The position numbers were made by a program, and so were the translations under genes. Positions 52,497 through 62,854 of a stretch of 64,000 bases of DNA are shown here, one piece after another. Within the stretch, counting starts at the first letter, position 1; each line of letters starts with the position of its first letter. The notes below the pieces were generated by a model. It saw nothing but the letters and a program-made list of their open reading frames with translations. It was not told where the DNA came from and ran no database searches. Source of the DNA: a bacterium (GTDB lineage Bacteria > Cyanobacteriota > Vampirovibrionia > Gastranaerophilales > JBAXKC01); contig JBAXKC010000002.1 in the NCBI GenBank assembly GCA_037137535.1, positions 32,001 through 96,000 of the forward strand, in the 5' to 3' direction.

Positions 52497-53012
52497 TTAT
52501 TTTTTCTTATTAACCTTTATTAAATGCCAACCAAACTTTGTTTTAACAGGATCTGAAATCTCTCCTATTTCTAAATTAGCTGCAGCATTTTCAAAAGCAA
52601 GAACCATATCGCCTTTGGAAAACTCTCCAAGATCGCCTTCTTTTTTTCCTGATGGGCATGTTGAATACTTCTTAGCTAATTCAGCAAATTTTTTATTTTT
52701 TTCTTCGGGAGATTTACATTGATCTAATTCTTTTTTGAGCTGTATTGCAAGTTGTTCATCTTTGACAAGAATATGTTGAGCTGACATTTTAGTAAAACTT
52801 TTATTAGCAGTAGTTTTTGCTGTTTTATTGGCTTTTTGCATTAATATATTTGCTCGAAAACTTAATTCAGCAGGACTTTTAGCATTACTATCAATATTTT
52901 CATCTTTGAATTGAGAATAATTTGGCATTGTTTGTTCATTTGTATTTTTTTCTTTTACATTTTGTTTAATTGGAATATTGTTATTCACAGATAAATTAGT
53001 TGGAAAATTCAT
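52497..53012 (-). CDS. Parvulin-type PPIase with a ~75-aa N-terminal extension
   Basis: AQHILV, FAELAKKYSTCPS, GDLGEF, FENAA, PVKTKFGWHLI. Confidence 0.92.
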   Translation of the reverse strand: MNFPTNLSVNNNIPIKQNVKEKNTNEQTMPNYSQFKDENIDSNAKSPAELSFRANILMQKANKTAKTTANKSFTKMSAQHILVKDEQLAIQLKKELDQCKSPEEKNKKFAELAKKYSTCPSGKKEGDLGEFSKGDMVLAFENAAANLEIGEISDPVKTKFGWHLIKVNKKK

Positions 53013-53130
53013 TAAAACTACCCTTATTAATCATGCTCCTATATTATTAAAAACAATATATTGATTAATATTGACAGGCCTTCTGAATTTTTACAATTTT
53101 AATAATGTAATTTAACATAATTAATAAGTT

Positions 53131-54333
53131 TTAGTTAAAAATATTAACATCTTTTACAATGATTTTATAGTTTGAGAATTCATTAGCTATATTTTCTAAT
53201 TCCTTTATAGATTTTAAACCGCTTTGAGCTCCATAATTTTGAGTGATAGAGGCAGAATTAATAGAAGCCAATTTTAATGCTTTATCTATCTTCCACTCTT
53301 TCATTAAAGCCCCTATAAATGTACTTGCAAAAGCATCTCCTGCTCCTAATGTGCTAACAACTTCAGCAGGAAAACAAGGTGCGTAATATATTTGCTTCCC
53401 GTCAAAGGCTTGCGCTCCATTTGAACCATCTGTTATTACAACAATATCAGGACCCATTTCTTTTAAACATTTCAATTTATTAATTGCAAAAAATCCCCAT
53501 GGCTCAAGCAACAGCGAGCTTTGTGGGCATAATTCCATACATTTTGAGCAACCTTTAATGCATTTATCTATACTGCTATCTATATAGAGCTTACCTTCTT
53601 CTATGTTAAAAACTCTTTGAGGACAAGCTTTTAAACATTCATAACAAGATTTGCATTTTTCTTTATCAATTTTCAAAGTTTCATCATAAATTTTTGTTAC
53701 TAATTCAGCTTCCGATTTATTCAAAACAAGAATTGATACTTTTGATAATATTTTTTTGAAATCATCAAAACCTCTTTTTAGCTGCCTGGTACCAGGATTA
53801 AAACCTACCTTAATATTGTTCTTTTGTGCAAAATGAGTTATTTCATCAAGTATAATATTCGAATCGCCACTTAATGAAGAAATATAAAACCATTTTGTGT
53901 TTTTTAAAGCCTCTAACTTGATTTCATCTAATATTATCGAGCTATTTGCACCCCTATGAGTTAAGACAGTACGCTCACCCTCAAAACTGTTAAGAATAAC
54001 ACTAAAGCCGGTTTTAAAATCCTTGCATTTGATAATACTAGATTTATCAACATTTTGCTCTGTTAATCGGTTTAATATCGCTTTAGCATTAAGGTCATTA
54101 CCTATTTTTATAATGGTACTTGTATTAAAACCTAATATTGAAAAGTTTACTGCCGTATTAACTGCTCCCCCGCCAATATCAAAAGCTAAATTATCAATTT
54201 CAATTTTCGCTCCAAAATCAAAACATAACAATTTATTTACGTCTTCTAAAGTTTTTGTAGTTATTATTTTTGCAAATTCAGTTTGAATAAAAATATCTTG
54301 AGTAGCTCCACCAATAGTTATTACATCAAACAT
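53131..54333 (-). CDS. PfkB-family carbohydrate kinase with an inserted 2x[4Fe-4S] ferredoxin-like domain
   Basis: GGGAVN, LNKSEA, ITDGSNG, STLGAGDAF; insert CKSCYECLKACP and CIKGCSKCMELCP. Confidence 0.88.
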   Translation of the reverse strand: MFDVITIGGATQDIFIQTEFAKIITTKTLEDVNKLLCFDFGAKIEIDNLAFDIGGGAVNTAVNFSILGFNTSTIIKIGNDLNAKAILNRLTEQNVDKSSIIKCKDFKTGFSVILNSFEGERTVLTHRGANSSIILDEIKLEALKNTKWFYISSLSGDSNIILDEITHFAQKNNIKVGFNPGTRQLKRGFDDFKKILSKVSILVLNKSEAELVTKIYDETLKIDKEKCKSCYECLKACPQRVFNIEEGKLYIDSSIDKCIKGCSKCMELCPQSSLLLEPWGFFAINKLKCLKEMGPDIVVITDGSNGAQAFDGKQIYYAPCFPAEVVSTLGAGDAFASTFIGALMKEWKIDKALKLASINSASITQNYGAQSGLKSIKELENIANEFSNYKIIVKDVNIFN

Positions 54334-54433
54334 AAGCCCCCTTTATTTTCATAGTTTTTTGAAGTTTAATAATAAAAAGCTTTTGACATAATAAAGTATT
54401 AAATTAGAGTTTTGAATAAGACAGGCGTTTTAT

Positions 54434-55204
54434 ATGTTTCAAAAAGAGATTATAAACAGTATTAGTTATTACACCTCAAACATGCTTAAATCTGATAAAT
54501 TCATTCATGCTTTTACTACAAGATTGTTTGAAGATGCAGCAAATTTTACATTAGGGACAGGTGGTAATCCTGAAAATAAATTGTTAGTTGATGTGAATAG
54601 AAAAAACATATGTGAAGCATTTAATTTAGATATTAATAAATTAATAATTCCCGATCAGAAACATACTGATAATATAAAAATTGTTACATCAGTTGACGAT
54701 AATGTCAGCGAAACTGATGCTTTGATAACTAATGTAAAAAACTTGCCGATATTATTGTTATTTGCTGATTGTACGCCAATAATACTTTATTCGGAAATAG
54801 ATAATGTAATAGCAGTAATTCATGCCGGCTGGAGAGGAACTGCAAAAAATATAGCCCGCAAGACGGTTGCCCAAATGGGTGATTTTTTAGGCATTAAGGC
54901 TGAAAACATTAAAGCTGCTATCGGACAGGCAATTGGAATGTGCTGTTACGAAGTATCACAAGAAGTTAAGGACTTTTTATTATCAACATTAACTCATGAT
55001 TATGATAATATTATTAAGTCTACCGAAAATGATAAATTCTTTGTAGATTTGAAAAAAATAAATGAATACCAGCTTTTAGAATCAGGAGTAAATAATATAG
55101 ATGTATTTGATATCTGTACCTCCTGCGAAAGTAATCAGTTCTTTTCTTATAGGGCTGAGAATGGTAAAACCGGACGACATGGTGCAATAGCTTGTTTAAA
55201 GTGA
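54434..55204 (+). CDS. pgeF: PgeF/YfiH-family protein
   Basis: FTTR, QKH, DALIT, ADCTP, HAGWRG, CT..FFSYR..TGR. Confidence 0.93.
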   Translation: MFQKEIINSISYYTSNMLKSDKFIHAFTTRLFEDAANFTLGTGGNPENKLLVDVNRKNICEAFNLDINKLIIPDQKHTDNIKIVTSVDDNVSETDALITNVKNLPILLLFADCTPIILYSEIDNVIAVIHAGWRGTAKNIARKTVAQMGDFLGIKAENIKAAIGQAIGMCCYEVSQEVKDFLLSTLTHDYDNIIKSTENDKFFVDLKKINEYQLLESGVNNIDVFDICTSCESNQFFSYRAENGKTGRHGAIACLK

Positions 55205-55213
55205 GGACTCAAA

Positions 55214-56521
55214 ATGGTTGCCATTGACAGACGTGAAACGGTTAGTCAAGTACTTAATAAACTTTTTGATTTTGTAAAATCTGATCAGTTTATTGCTGAA
55301 GATGTAAAAAAATATGCAAATGCCTTTATAACAACAGAAGAACAGGCAAAAAACGTTGATATTGAAGGACTTTTGCTTGCTTATGTTTTTGAAAGAAAAA
55401 TAGATGATAAATTTGTAATGGATTTATTCATTGAAAAACAGACAGATTTATCTGATGAAGAAAAAGAAATCATTGACGGTCTTAAAAAATCCATTTATTC
55501 TATCTTTGAAATCAAAAAAGTATTAAAAAATGGATTTGAACTTTATAATATAGTTAATGAAAAAACTTATCCGACTTCAACAATTATTAAATCAAGTAAC
55601 TTTAGAGGAGTAGGTTCTGGAGAATATATTTTAGGACGAATCTTCCCATGCAAAGAAACTAATTATCTTATTGTATTGAACAAAATTTTCCCGTCAGCAG
55701 CTAAAACTGAAGTTTTCAGATATGCTGTAATGATGCAAATGGAAAAACCGGAAGCTGTTTATCAAGATAATGAAACTAAATTTCAAGAAATAGAAAAAAT
55801 GACTAAAGAACTTGCAACTACGTTTCAAGAATATTTTAACTCTTTAGAAATTGTTACAACAACAGAAAATCTTGACGAAATTTTAGCAGGCTTTAATGAC
55901 TTTGTTGAATCTGGTGAAAAAACAAATATAGACAAACTGCCTGAACTGATTAAACAACCTGATGAATACAAATATTTTGATATAAATGAAGTATCAAAAA
56001 CTCAAGAAGGTGACTTTATTGATCAAGCGACAAAAGGTTTTTCTTCGGCTCCTGCAAGTTATGATGTTGGACTGATGTATGATGCAGAAACAGGTCTATT
56101 AGTTGTTCCTTTTTACGCTACATTTAGAGAAATTTTCAAAAGAGAAGATTATAAATCAGTTGAAGGATACCAAGATTGCATTAAAGAAATTTTTAATAAT
56201 GATAAAGTTCCTCCATCTGTAATTGAAAAAGTTTATAATGAATTTTCTTCTAATTTTATGAATATTGTCAAAGAAGTATTAGAAGAAACAGAACTTCAAT
56301 CTCTTGATGAACTTCTTAAAAAATACAAAAAAGACTATTATACACACAGGAAATTCTCTGTTCCTACAATGTTATACTCTTCCGAAGCATTTAATGAACT
56401 TATGTACCTTCTTCAAGAAGAGCAGTTGATGTCTTATATGAATAAAACTACGGAAAAAGTAGGAAGAAATGATTCTTGCCCTTGTGGAAGCGGCAAAAAA
56501 TATAAAAAATGTTGCATGTAA
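55214..56521 (+). CDS. SEC-C motif protein (acidic, function unknown)
   Basis: C-terminal KVGRNDSCPCGSGKKYKKCC. Confidence 0.85.
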   Translation: MVAIDRRETVSQVLNKLFDFVKSDQFIAEDVKKYANAFITTEEQAKNVDIEGLLLAYVFERKIDDKFVMDLFIEKQTDLSDEEKEIIDGLKKSIYSIFEIKKVLKNGFELYNIVNEKTYPTSTIIKSSNFRGVGSGEYILGRIFPCKETNYLIVLNKIFPSAAKTEVFRYAVMMQMEKPEAVYQDNETKFQEIEKMTKELATTFQEYFNSLEIVTTTENLDEILAGFNDFVESGEKTNIDKLPELIKQPDEYKYFDINEVSKTQEGDFIDQATKGFSSAPASYDVGLMYDAETGLLVVPFYATFREIFKREDYKSVEGYQDCIKEIFNNDKVPPSVIEKVYNEFSSNFMNIVKEVLEETELQSLDELLKKYKKDYYTHRKFSVPTMLYSSEAFNELMYLLQEEQLMSYMNKTTEKVGRNDSCPCGSGKKYKKCCM

Positions 56522-56543
56522 GAAAAATCTTTAATAGTAAAAA

Positions 56544-56575
56544 AATAAGACATCATTTTATAATGGTGTCTTATT
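56544..56575 (+). terminator. Putative terminator after the SEC-C gene
   Basis: AATAAGACATCATT-TTAT-AATGGTGTCTTATT, one G-U pair. Confidence 0.65.
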
Positions 56576-56689
56576 AATATGTAACAAAATTAGTAAATTT
56601 TGGCAAAAAACAGCCTATTTCCCTTGAATTCAGCGTGCTGTTTGGTATAACCTGTATCCATGTATGAAATTTGAAAGAATAAACTTTAA

Positions 56690-57439
56690 ATGATAACCCC
56701 TAGTAAAAATCAAACTGAAGAAATAGCAAATTTAGTCCGTAAAACTGAATTAAAGCATATTGCAATTATTATGGACGGCAACAGACGTTGGGCTAAAAAA
56801 CGCTTTTTGCCAACGCCTGCGGGACATAATGAAGGTGTTAAAAGCTTAAAAAAAGTTGTAAAAGCTTGCGGTGAATTTGGGATTAAGTATTTAACGGTTT
56901 ATGCATTTTCTACAGAAAATTGGGGAAGAAAGCAAGACGAAGTTGATTTTTTAATGAAACTTCTTGCAGAAACAATCAAAAAAGAAACTAAAGATTTACA
57001 TGCTAACAATGTAAAAATAAAAATCATTGGCAATATTGCCGCATTATCAAAAGATTTACAGGCTATATTAAACGAATCGATGGACTACACTTCTCAAAAT
57101 ACAGGTCTTAATTTACAGATAGCTATTAATTACGGCTCAAGAGATGAAATAATTTCAGCCGTTAAAAATATTGCAGAAGAAGTTAAACTTGGAAATATTG
57201 ATACAGACTCAATTAACCAGGAACTTATATCAAGTTATCTTTATACATCAGAAATCCCCGATCCTGATCTTTTAATTAGAACTGGCGGCGATTTTAGAAT
57301 AAGTAATTATTTATTATGGCAGGCAGCTTATGCTGAAATACTTGTTATTGATACATTATGGCCAGATTTTGATAAAGAAATACTAGCAGATGCAATTATA
57401 AATTTTTCTAATCGTGATAGAAGATTTGGAAAAGGTTAA
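56690..57439 (+). CDS. uppS: Undecaprenyl diphosphate synthase
   Basis: HIAIIMDGNRRWA, FSTENW, NYGSR, PDLLIRTGG, RISNYLLWQ. Confidence 0.97.
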   Translation: MITPSKNQTEEIANLVRKTELKHIAIIMDGNRRWAKKRFLPTPAGHNEGVKSLKKVVKACGEFGIKYLTVYAFSTENWGRKQDEVDFLMKLLAETIKKETKDLHANNVKIKIIGNIAALSKDLQAILNESMDYTSQNTGLNLQIAINYGSRDEIISAVKNIAEEVKLGNIDTDSINQELISSYLYTSEIPDPDLLIRTGGDFRISNYLLWQAAYAEILVIDTLWPDFDKEILADAIINFSNRDRRFGKG

Positions 57440-57440
57440 C

Positions 57441-58019
57441 ATGAAAAAAATTGTACTTGCAACTTCAAATGCAAAAAAAATAATAGAAATGGAAAACATT
57501 TTAAAAAACTACTCTATAAATGTAGATAAAGTACCTGATACTTTTAATCCAGATGAAACAGGAACTACTTTTGAGGAAAATGCTTACATAAAAGCATATG
57601 AAGCGGCAAAGTTGACGAATCTACCCTCGTTGGCGGATGATTCAGGATTAGTAGTTGATGCACTTGACGGTAAACCTGGTATTTACTCTTCAAGATACGA
57701 ATCAACCGATGAAAAAAGAATTAATCGTATATTAAACGAATTATCTGAATATAAAAATAATGAGAGAACGGCAAGATTTGTTTGTGCTATGGCTCTTGTA
57801 AAACCTGACGGCGAAACATTATTTTCTTGCAAAGGAATTTGTGAGGGAATTATAACAGCTACACGTTCAGGTAGTGGAGGATTTGGCTATGATCCTATTT
57901 TTCATGTTACAGATAAAAATAAAACAATGGCAGAACTTACATTAGAAGAAAAAAATCTTGTAAGCCATAGAGGCAAAGCATTAAAACAAATGTTGGAATG
58001 GATGAAAAACAATTTTTAA
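57441..58019 (+). CDS. rdgB: Non-canonical purine NTP pyrophosphatase
   Basis: LATSN, ADDSGL, GFGYDPIF, SHRGKAL. Start moved from 57414 to ATG 57441. Confidence 0.96.
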   Translation: MKKIVLATSNAKKIIEMENILKNYSINVDKVPDTFNPDETGTTFEENAYIKAYEAAKLTNLPSLADDSGLVVDALDGKPGIYSSRYESTDEKRINRILNELSEYKNNERTARFVCAMALVKPDGETLFSCKGICEGIITATRSGSGGFGYDPIFHVTDKNKTMAELTLEEKNLVSHRGKALKQMLEWMKNNF

Positions 58020-58045
58020 ATGAAAGACAATAAAGGGGATGGTAG

Positions 58046-59098
58046 ATGATAAACAGGCTGTTAATAATTTTTATATTGTTAATTTTTGCTTTTTCAAAGC
58101 CTGCATATTCTGAAATAAGCGATAAAAAAATACAAAATATATTTAATACAGGCAGTGCGACGGGTGAGGCTTATTATAATCTCATAACGATTTACCAAGG
58201 CTCAAGTGTAAATGAAGTTAAATACAATAAACTTAAATTTCAACATGCATTTCAATCTTTAAGTATTATTGATTTAATTTCGGAAGACTTACAGCTAAGT
58301 AATCAATCATTATGTTTATTGAAAAATATAAGATCAAATTTATATGAATCTCTAAATGAAGAAAAAATAAATTACGCGATGTTAGAGCAAACAATAAAAC
58401 TGCTTAATCAGTTTTATAACTCTTTTAATCTTGATATAGCTAATTCTTATGGAACAGATTCAGATTGGTATTCAGATTTAGGTTTTTATTCCTCTTTTCA
58501 ACTGGAATCAATAAATACAAATAAATCCTCTGCGCTTTTGTTGGACGGTTCACAAAAATTATATGAACAAGTACCTGCAAGCGTACCTCAAACATCATCA
58601 GAAATGGTTAAAAGTTTAAAAAGTTTTGATAAACCAACACTTACTGTTGATGAAATTCAAGCATTAAAAAATGAGTTAAATTATTTAATAAGTTATTTTT
58701 CCAATTATCCGAATAAAGTTGCTGATAATGCTAATATAAAAGCTTTAAAAGGCTTTTGGCAAGGAATAATGATTAATCCATACGGACAAAAATACAATAT
58801 ATCTTTAAACTTTAATGATGTAAACAATTCGAGTCTAACGATAGAAGGCATTGCCTCAAATATACCTCTTGAAAATATTGATTTACTTGATAGTTATTTC
58901 AGTTTTACCTTTAAACCTGTTGGAACAGAAAAATTCAATGTAAGATTTAACGCTAAAATAAATAACGATATGTTTTCAGGAAATATTACAAACTCTCTAA
59001 ATGAGCAAGGTTATTGGGTTTTAACAAAAACAACAGATAATAAACCTTTATCTTCAGAAAAGATTAACCAGTTAAGCTCATATATAAATAAAAATTAA
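58046..59098 (+). CDS. Exported hypothetical protein
   Basis: Sec signal peptide ending PAYS; helical N-terminal part and beta-rich C-terminal part (LKGFWQG). Confidence 0.75.
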   Translation: MINRLLIIFILLIFAFSKPAYSEISDKKIQNIFNTGSATGEAYYNLITIYQGSSVNEVKYNKLKFQHAFQSLSIIDLISEDLQLSNQSLCLLKNIRSNLYESLNEEKINYAMLEQTIKLLNQFYNSFNLDIANSYGTDSDWYSDLGFYSSFQLESINTNKSSALLLDGSQKLYEQVPASVPQTSSEMVKSLKSFDKPTLTVDEIQALKNELNYLISYFSNYPNKVADNANIKALKGFWQGIMINPYGQKYNISLNFNDVNNSSLTIEGIASNIPLENIDLLDSYFSFTFKPVGTEKFNVRFNAKINNDMFSGNITNSLNEQGYWVLTKTTDNKPLSSEKINQLSSYINKN

Positions 59099-59103
59099 TA
59101 GGC

Positions 59104-59955
59104 TTAACCATTGAGAGTTTTATTAACTAAATCTCTCAATTCCTTAAAAAATATAAGTATTTTAGGAGTTGGTTTGTTGTCATTTCTTTTAGTTTTTTGA
59201 TGCTGTACTGCAATTAAATCCGAATATTGTTTGTTTAACTTATTTACTTCATTAAAATAATCAGCTAAATTTCTTTGACTAGTCAAGGAACCAAAAGCTA
59301 CTTTTTTATCCGAAATTCTATTAATTGAACCTGTTAAAAACAAGAACTTTCTGTTAATTTCTTTTAAATCATCACTTTTTTTAACCATAGGAATACTTCT
59401 TCTGAAGTTTTTGCTTATTGGATTTTCGAATACTAAAGTTTTTGCATTATCAGCCCCATTTTTGGCTACACCATATAAATCATTAAATACATCTGAAATT
59501 GCATTAAATTTATCTAGCGTTCTGTATTGCTTTTTATAATGACTTAATTTATCAAGTATTTCAATTCTTCTATTTTCTAATTCAGTTAATTTTATTTTAG
59601 CCGATGACAAATTCATTAATTTTATACTTTGAATTTCACTATCAACTTCTTTGAGTTCTTTTTCAGCTTTTTCAATCATAAACTCAATCTTTAAACTCTC
59701 AGTAGGAAGATGTTGAGCTAGACTGTCATTAATCAAATTTGAATCATAATCATTAATTCTGTTTAAAGTAATGGGATTAGAATTATTTTTAGTTTCAACT
59801 GAATTTTGATTATTCAAATCCAATAATTTATCTGATACTTCATCCTTTTCTGAAATCAACTCTTGCAAAGTTGGATTTAAGAAAAAGTTATTATCACTTA
59901 ATTCATTATTAAATTGTTCAAAATCAGCGAAAAAATTCACCAAAGATCCCCTCAA
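59104..59955 (-). CDS. Hypothetical coiled-coil protein
   Basis: 283-aa ORF; true start may be GTG 59940 behind GAGGGG. Confidence 0.7.
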   Translation of the reverse strand: MRGSLVNFFADFEQFNNELSDNNFFLNPTLQELISEKDEVSDKLLDLNNQNSVETKNNSNPITLNRINDYDSNLINDSLAQHLPTESLKIEFMIEKAEKELKEVDSEIQSIKLMNLSSAKIKLTELENRRIEILDKLSHYKKQYRTLDKFNAISDVFNDLYGVAKNGADNAKTLVFENPISKNFRRSIPMVKKSDDLKEINRKFLFLTGSINRISDKKVAFGSLTSQRNLADYFNEVNKLNKQYSDLIAVQHQKTKRNDNKPTPKILIFFKELRDLVNKTLNG

Positions 59956-60024
59956 CCTTAAATATATATTTATATTTTCTCAGATTAACAGATATTTGTT
60001 ATCATTCACTGAAATGATTTTATA

Positions 60025-60687
60025 TTATCTACTAAATTTTAAAGAACTTATAGCAGACTTAATATCGACTGCACAATACACATAAGAGCCTGCAACCAGA
60101 GCATTAGCACCCGCATCAACGCACAGTTTGCCCGTATGATTATTAATACCGCCATCAACTTCTATAATCAAATCATTTAAGTTTTGCTCAACAGCAAGTG
60201 ATTTAATAAAACTAATTTTATCTAAACTATCATTAATAAAAGATTGTCCGCCAAATCCTGGTTCAACTGACATAATTAAAACTAAATCTAATTCTTTAAT
60301 TAATGTACCAATTTCTTCTATATTAGTTTTAGGTTTAACAGAAAGACCAACTTTAACATTAAAACTCTTAATTAATTGAATAACCTCAGCAATATTTTCT
60401 TTACAGGCTTCATAATGAACAGTGATATAGTCTGCCCCTGCTGAAGCAAAATCTTCAATATAATTTTGTGGATGTTCAATCATCAAATGAACATCTAATG
60501 TCATATCAGTGATTTTTCTTAATGCTTTTACTACAGGAGCGCCAATTGTTATATTGGGAACAAAATGTCCGTCCATAACATCAACATGTACCCAATCTGC
60601 TCCAGCTAATTTAATTATATTAATATCTCTTTCAAGGTTTGCAAAATCAGCAGAAAGAATTGATGGCGCAACAATAATATTACTCAT
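60025..60687 (-). CDS. rpe: Ribulose-phosphate 3-epimerase
   Basis: APSILSADF, HVDVMDGHFVPNIT, DVHLM, MSVEPGFGGQ, EVDGG. Confidence 0.98.
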   Translation of the reverse strand: MSNIIVAPSILSADFANLERDINIIKLAGADWVHVDVMDGHFVPNITIGAPVVKALRKITDMTLDVHLMIEHPQNYIEDFASAGADYITVHYEACKENIAEVIQLIKSFNVKVGLSVKPKTNIEEIGTLIKELDLVLIMSVEPGFGGQSFINDSLDKISFIKSLAVEQNLNDLIIEVDGGINNHTGKLCVDAGANALVAGSYVYCAVDIKSAISSLKFSR

Positions 60688-61417
60688 TTTTTATTAGCTC
60701 TTCCGGCAATAGCCCTAAACTTATTACTCCCATTTTTGCAGCTTTTTGATGAGCCTCTTTTTTAGACTTACCTGTCCCAAATCCACAAACTTCATCATTA
60801 ATGACTACTTCAATTTCAAAAGTTCTGTTATGAGGTGGGCCCTCTTCTTTTACAACATTGTAAATTGGAAGATCAATAGCTTCAGCTTGTGTATACTCTT
60901 GAAGAATTGCTTTAAAGTTGTGCTTTGCAGCACTTTGATCGATTTCTGTAACTTCACTTTCAAGTAGATTTGTTAAACTTAGGTGTAATTCGTTGAACTT
61001 ACCATCTACATACAAAGCTCCAAGTAATGCTTCAAAAGCACAGGCTAAAGTAGATGCTCTGGTTCTTCCGCCTAATTTTTCTTCATGAAATCCAAGTCTG
61101 AGATATTTACCGAGATCAATACTATTTGCAATTTTTGTAAGTGTAACATCACTTATTAATATAGCTCTTATTTTTGTTAAATCGCCTTCCGTATAAGTCG
61201 GAAAGCGTTTTAACAAATAATCACTGGCAATAAGCTTTAGAACTGCATCACCTAAGAACTCAAGTCTTTCATTATTTATTAATGGACATAACTTATTTTC
61301 AAAGGTGTATGAACTATGAGTCAGAGAATTTTCAATCAGTTCATAATTATCACTATGCATACCAATTTTGGTAAGCAATTCATTGATTTTTTGGGTTTTA
61401 TTGCGGTTATCATTCAT
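60680..61417 (-). CDS. rnc: Ribonuclease III
   Basis: NERLEFLGDAVL, FEALLGA, dsRBD GPPH..GKSKKEA. Start likely ATG 61417 (track gives 61465). Confidence 0.96.
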   Translation of the reverse strand: MNDNRNKTQKINELLTKIGMHSDNYELIENSLTHSSYTFENKLCPLINNERLEFLGDAVLKLIASDYLLKRFPTYTEGDLTKIRAILISDVTLTKIANSIDLGKYLRLGFHEEKLGGRTRASTLACAFEALLGALYVDGKFNELHLSLTNLLESEVTEIDQSAAKHNFKAILQEYTQAEAIDLPIYNVVKEEGPPHNRTFEIEVVINDEVCGFGTGKSKKEAHQKAAKMGVISLGLLPEELIKNE

Positions 61418-61433
61418 ATTATAAACCTGATTA

Positions 61434-62294
61434 TTAAAAAATGTTAATAATTGCTGTCTTGCCAAGAACTATCATAGAAAAGTAATAAAAAGCTATAGCA
61501 CCGGTTATTACATAACTATCTGCTCTATCTAAAACACCACCATGCCCTGGGAATAAATTGCCTGAATCTTTGACACCTGCATCTCTTTTTATCATAGATT
61601 CACATAAATCTCCAAGTTGAGCAGAGGCAGTTAACAAAAGACCTGCAAAAAATGAATGAATTATATTTAAATTTATTATTGAACCAATCAATAATGCGCC
61701 GATTATGCCAGCAATTGTAGCAGCAGCAGCTCCTTCAATCGTTTTGTTAGGACTTATTGTAGGACAAAGTTTATGTTTACCAAAGTTTGTTCCAATATAA
61801 TAAGCCGCAATGTCAGAAACTGATATAACTACAAACAGAAGTAAAATATAGCCTAATCCATCTGAGAAGTGATGACCAAAAATATCAAAACCTTTTTCAT
61901 TCAGATTTCTGATAAATAATAGATGCAATGGCAACCATCCACCATAAAAGAAGCAAAGCATACTAACAGCCGAATCAGCAATTTTCCCATTTTGTCCTCT
62001 AAGCATAGTTAATACAAGAGATAAAATCCCAGACAAACTGAACAGTATAGGGATTAGGCTATATAATTTAAAGGATGCCGCTGCTAATAAAGCTAAATTA
62101 GATGTTAAGATTAATGGAGTGTTAAGATTAAAGCCTTTTAATCTGCAAAGCTTAATTAACTCTAATGTTCCTAAAACTATTAAAACAGATAAAAACAAAC
62201 TGAAAGCCAAACCACCATATGCAAACATAACAAGAGCAATAGCTAAAAATATTACGGCAACAGTTACTCTTATAAATTGAGCTGAAACTTTCAC
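61434..62294 (-). CDS. cdsA: Phosphatidate cytidylyltransferase (GTG start)
   Basis: SDIAAY, ISPNKTIEG, GDLCESMIKRDAGVKDSG..PGHGGVLDR.DS. Confidence 0.97.
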   Translation of the reverse strand: MKVSAQFIRVTVAVIFLAIALVMFAYGGLAFSLFLSVLIVLGTLELIKLCRLKGFNLNTPLILTSNLALLAAASFKLYSLIPILFSLSGILSLVLTMLRGQNGKIADSAVSMLCFFYGGWLPLHLLFIRNLNEKGFDIFGHHFSDGLGYILLLFVVISVSDIAAYYIGTNFGKHKLCPTISPNKTIEGAAAATIAGIIGALLIGSIINLNIIHSFFAGLLLTASAQLGDLCESMIKRDAGVKDSGNLFPGHGGVLDRADSYVITGAIAFYYFSMIVLGKTAIINIF

Positions 62295-62854
62295 TAAACC
62301 GACATAACCTCTTTTTCTTTATCCATAACGATTGTATCAATTTCTTTTGTATATTTATCTGTGATTTTTTGAATTCTATCCTGTTCTTTTTTTACTTCAT
62401 CTTCAGGAAGATTTTCGTCTTTTTCAGCTTTTTTTAGAGCATCTGACATTTCACGTCTGATATTTCTAACAGCAACTTTATTTTCTTCCCCAATTTTTTT
62501 AACTTGTTTAACAAGTTCTTTTCTTCTGTCTTCAGTTAAAGGCGGGAAAGTAATTCTAATATTTGCACCGTCATTATTAGGTGTTACGCCCAAATCAGAC
62601 TTTAAAATAGCTTTTTCAATATCTTTAATAATAGTTTTATCGTATGGCTGAATGAAAAGAGTTGTTCCATCCTGAACAGATACGTTAGCAGCCTGCCTGA
62701 TAGGTGTAGCTGAACCATAATAGTCAATAGATAGTCTGTCTAATACAACCGGATTTGCTCTGCCTGTTCTTATTGACAGAAATTCTCTTTTTGTTTCTGC
62801 AATAGTTTTTTGCATTTTAGCATCGCCACTTTTGATAATTTCTTCTATTGGCAT
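62294..62854 (-). CDS. frr: Ribosome recycling factor
   Basis: [28 protein letters not shown]. Confidence 0.98.
   Translation of the reverse strand: MPIEEIIKSGDAKMQKTIAETKREFLSIRTGRANPVVLDRLSIDYYGSATPIRQAANVSVQDGTTLFIQPYDKTIIKDIEKAILKSDLGVTPNNDGANIRITFPPLTEDRRKELVKQVKKIGEENKVAVRNIRREMSDALKKAEKDENLPEDEVKKEQDRIQKITDKYTKEIDTIVMDKEKEVMSV

Noticed and set aside
55214-56521. SecA
   Set aside because: Only the C-terminal SEC-C motif is present; there are no helicase/ATPase motifs and the protein is too short.
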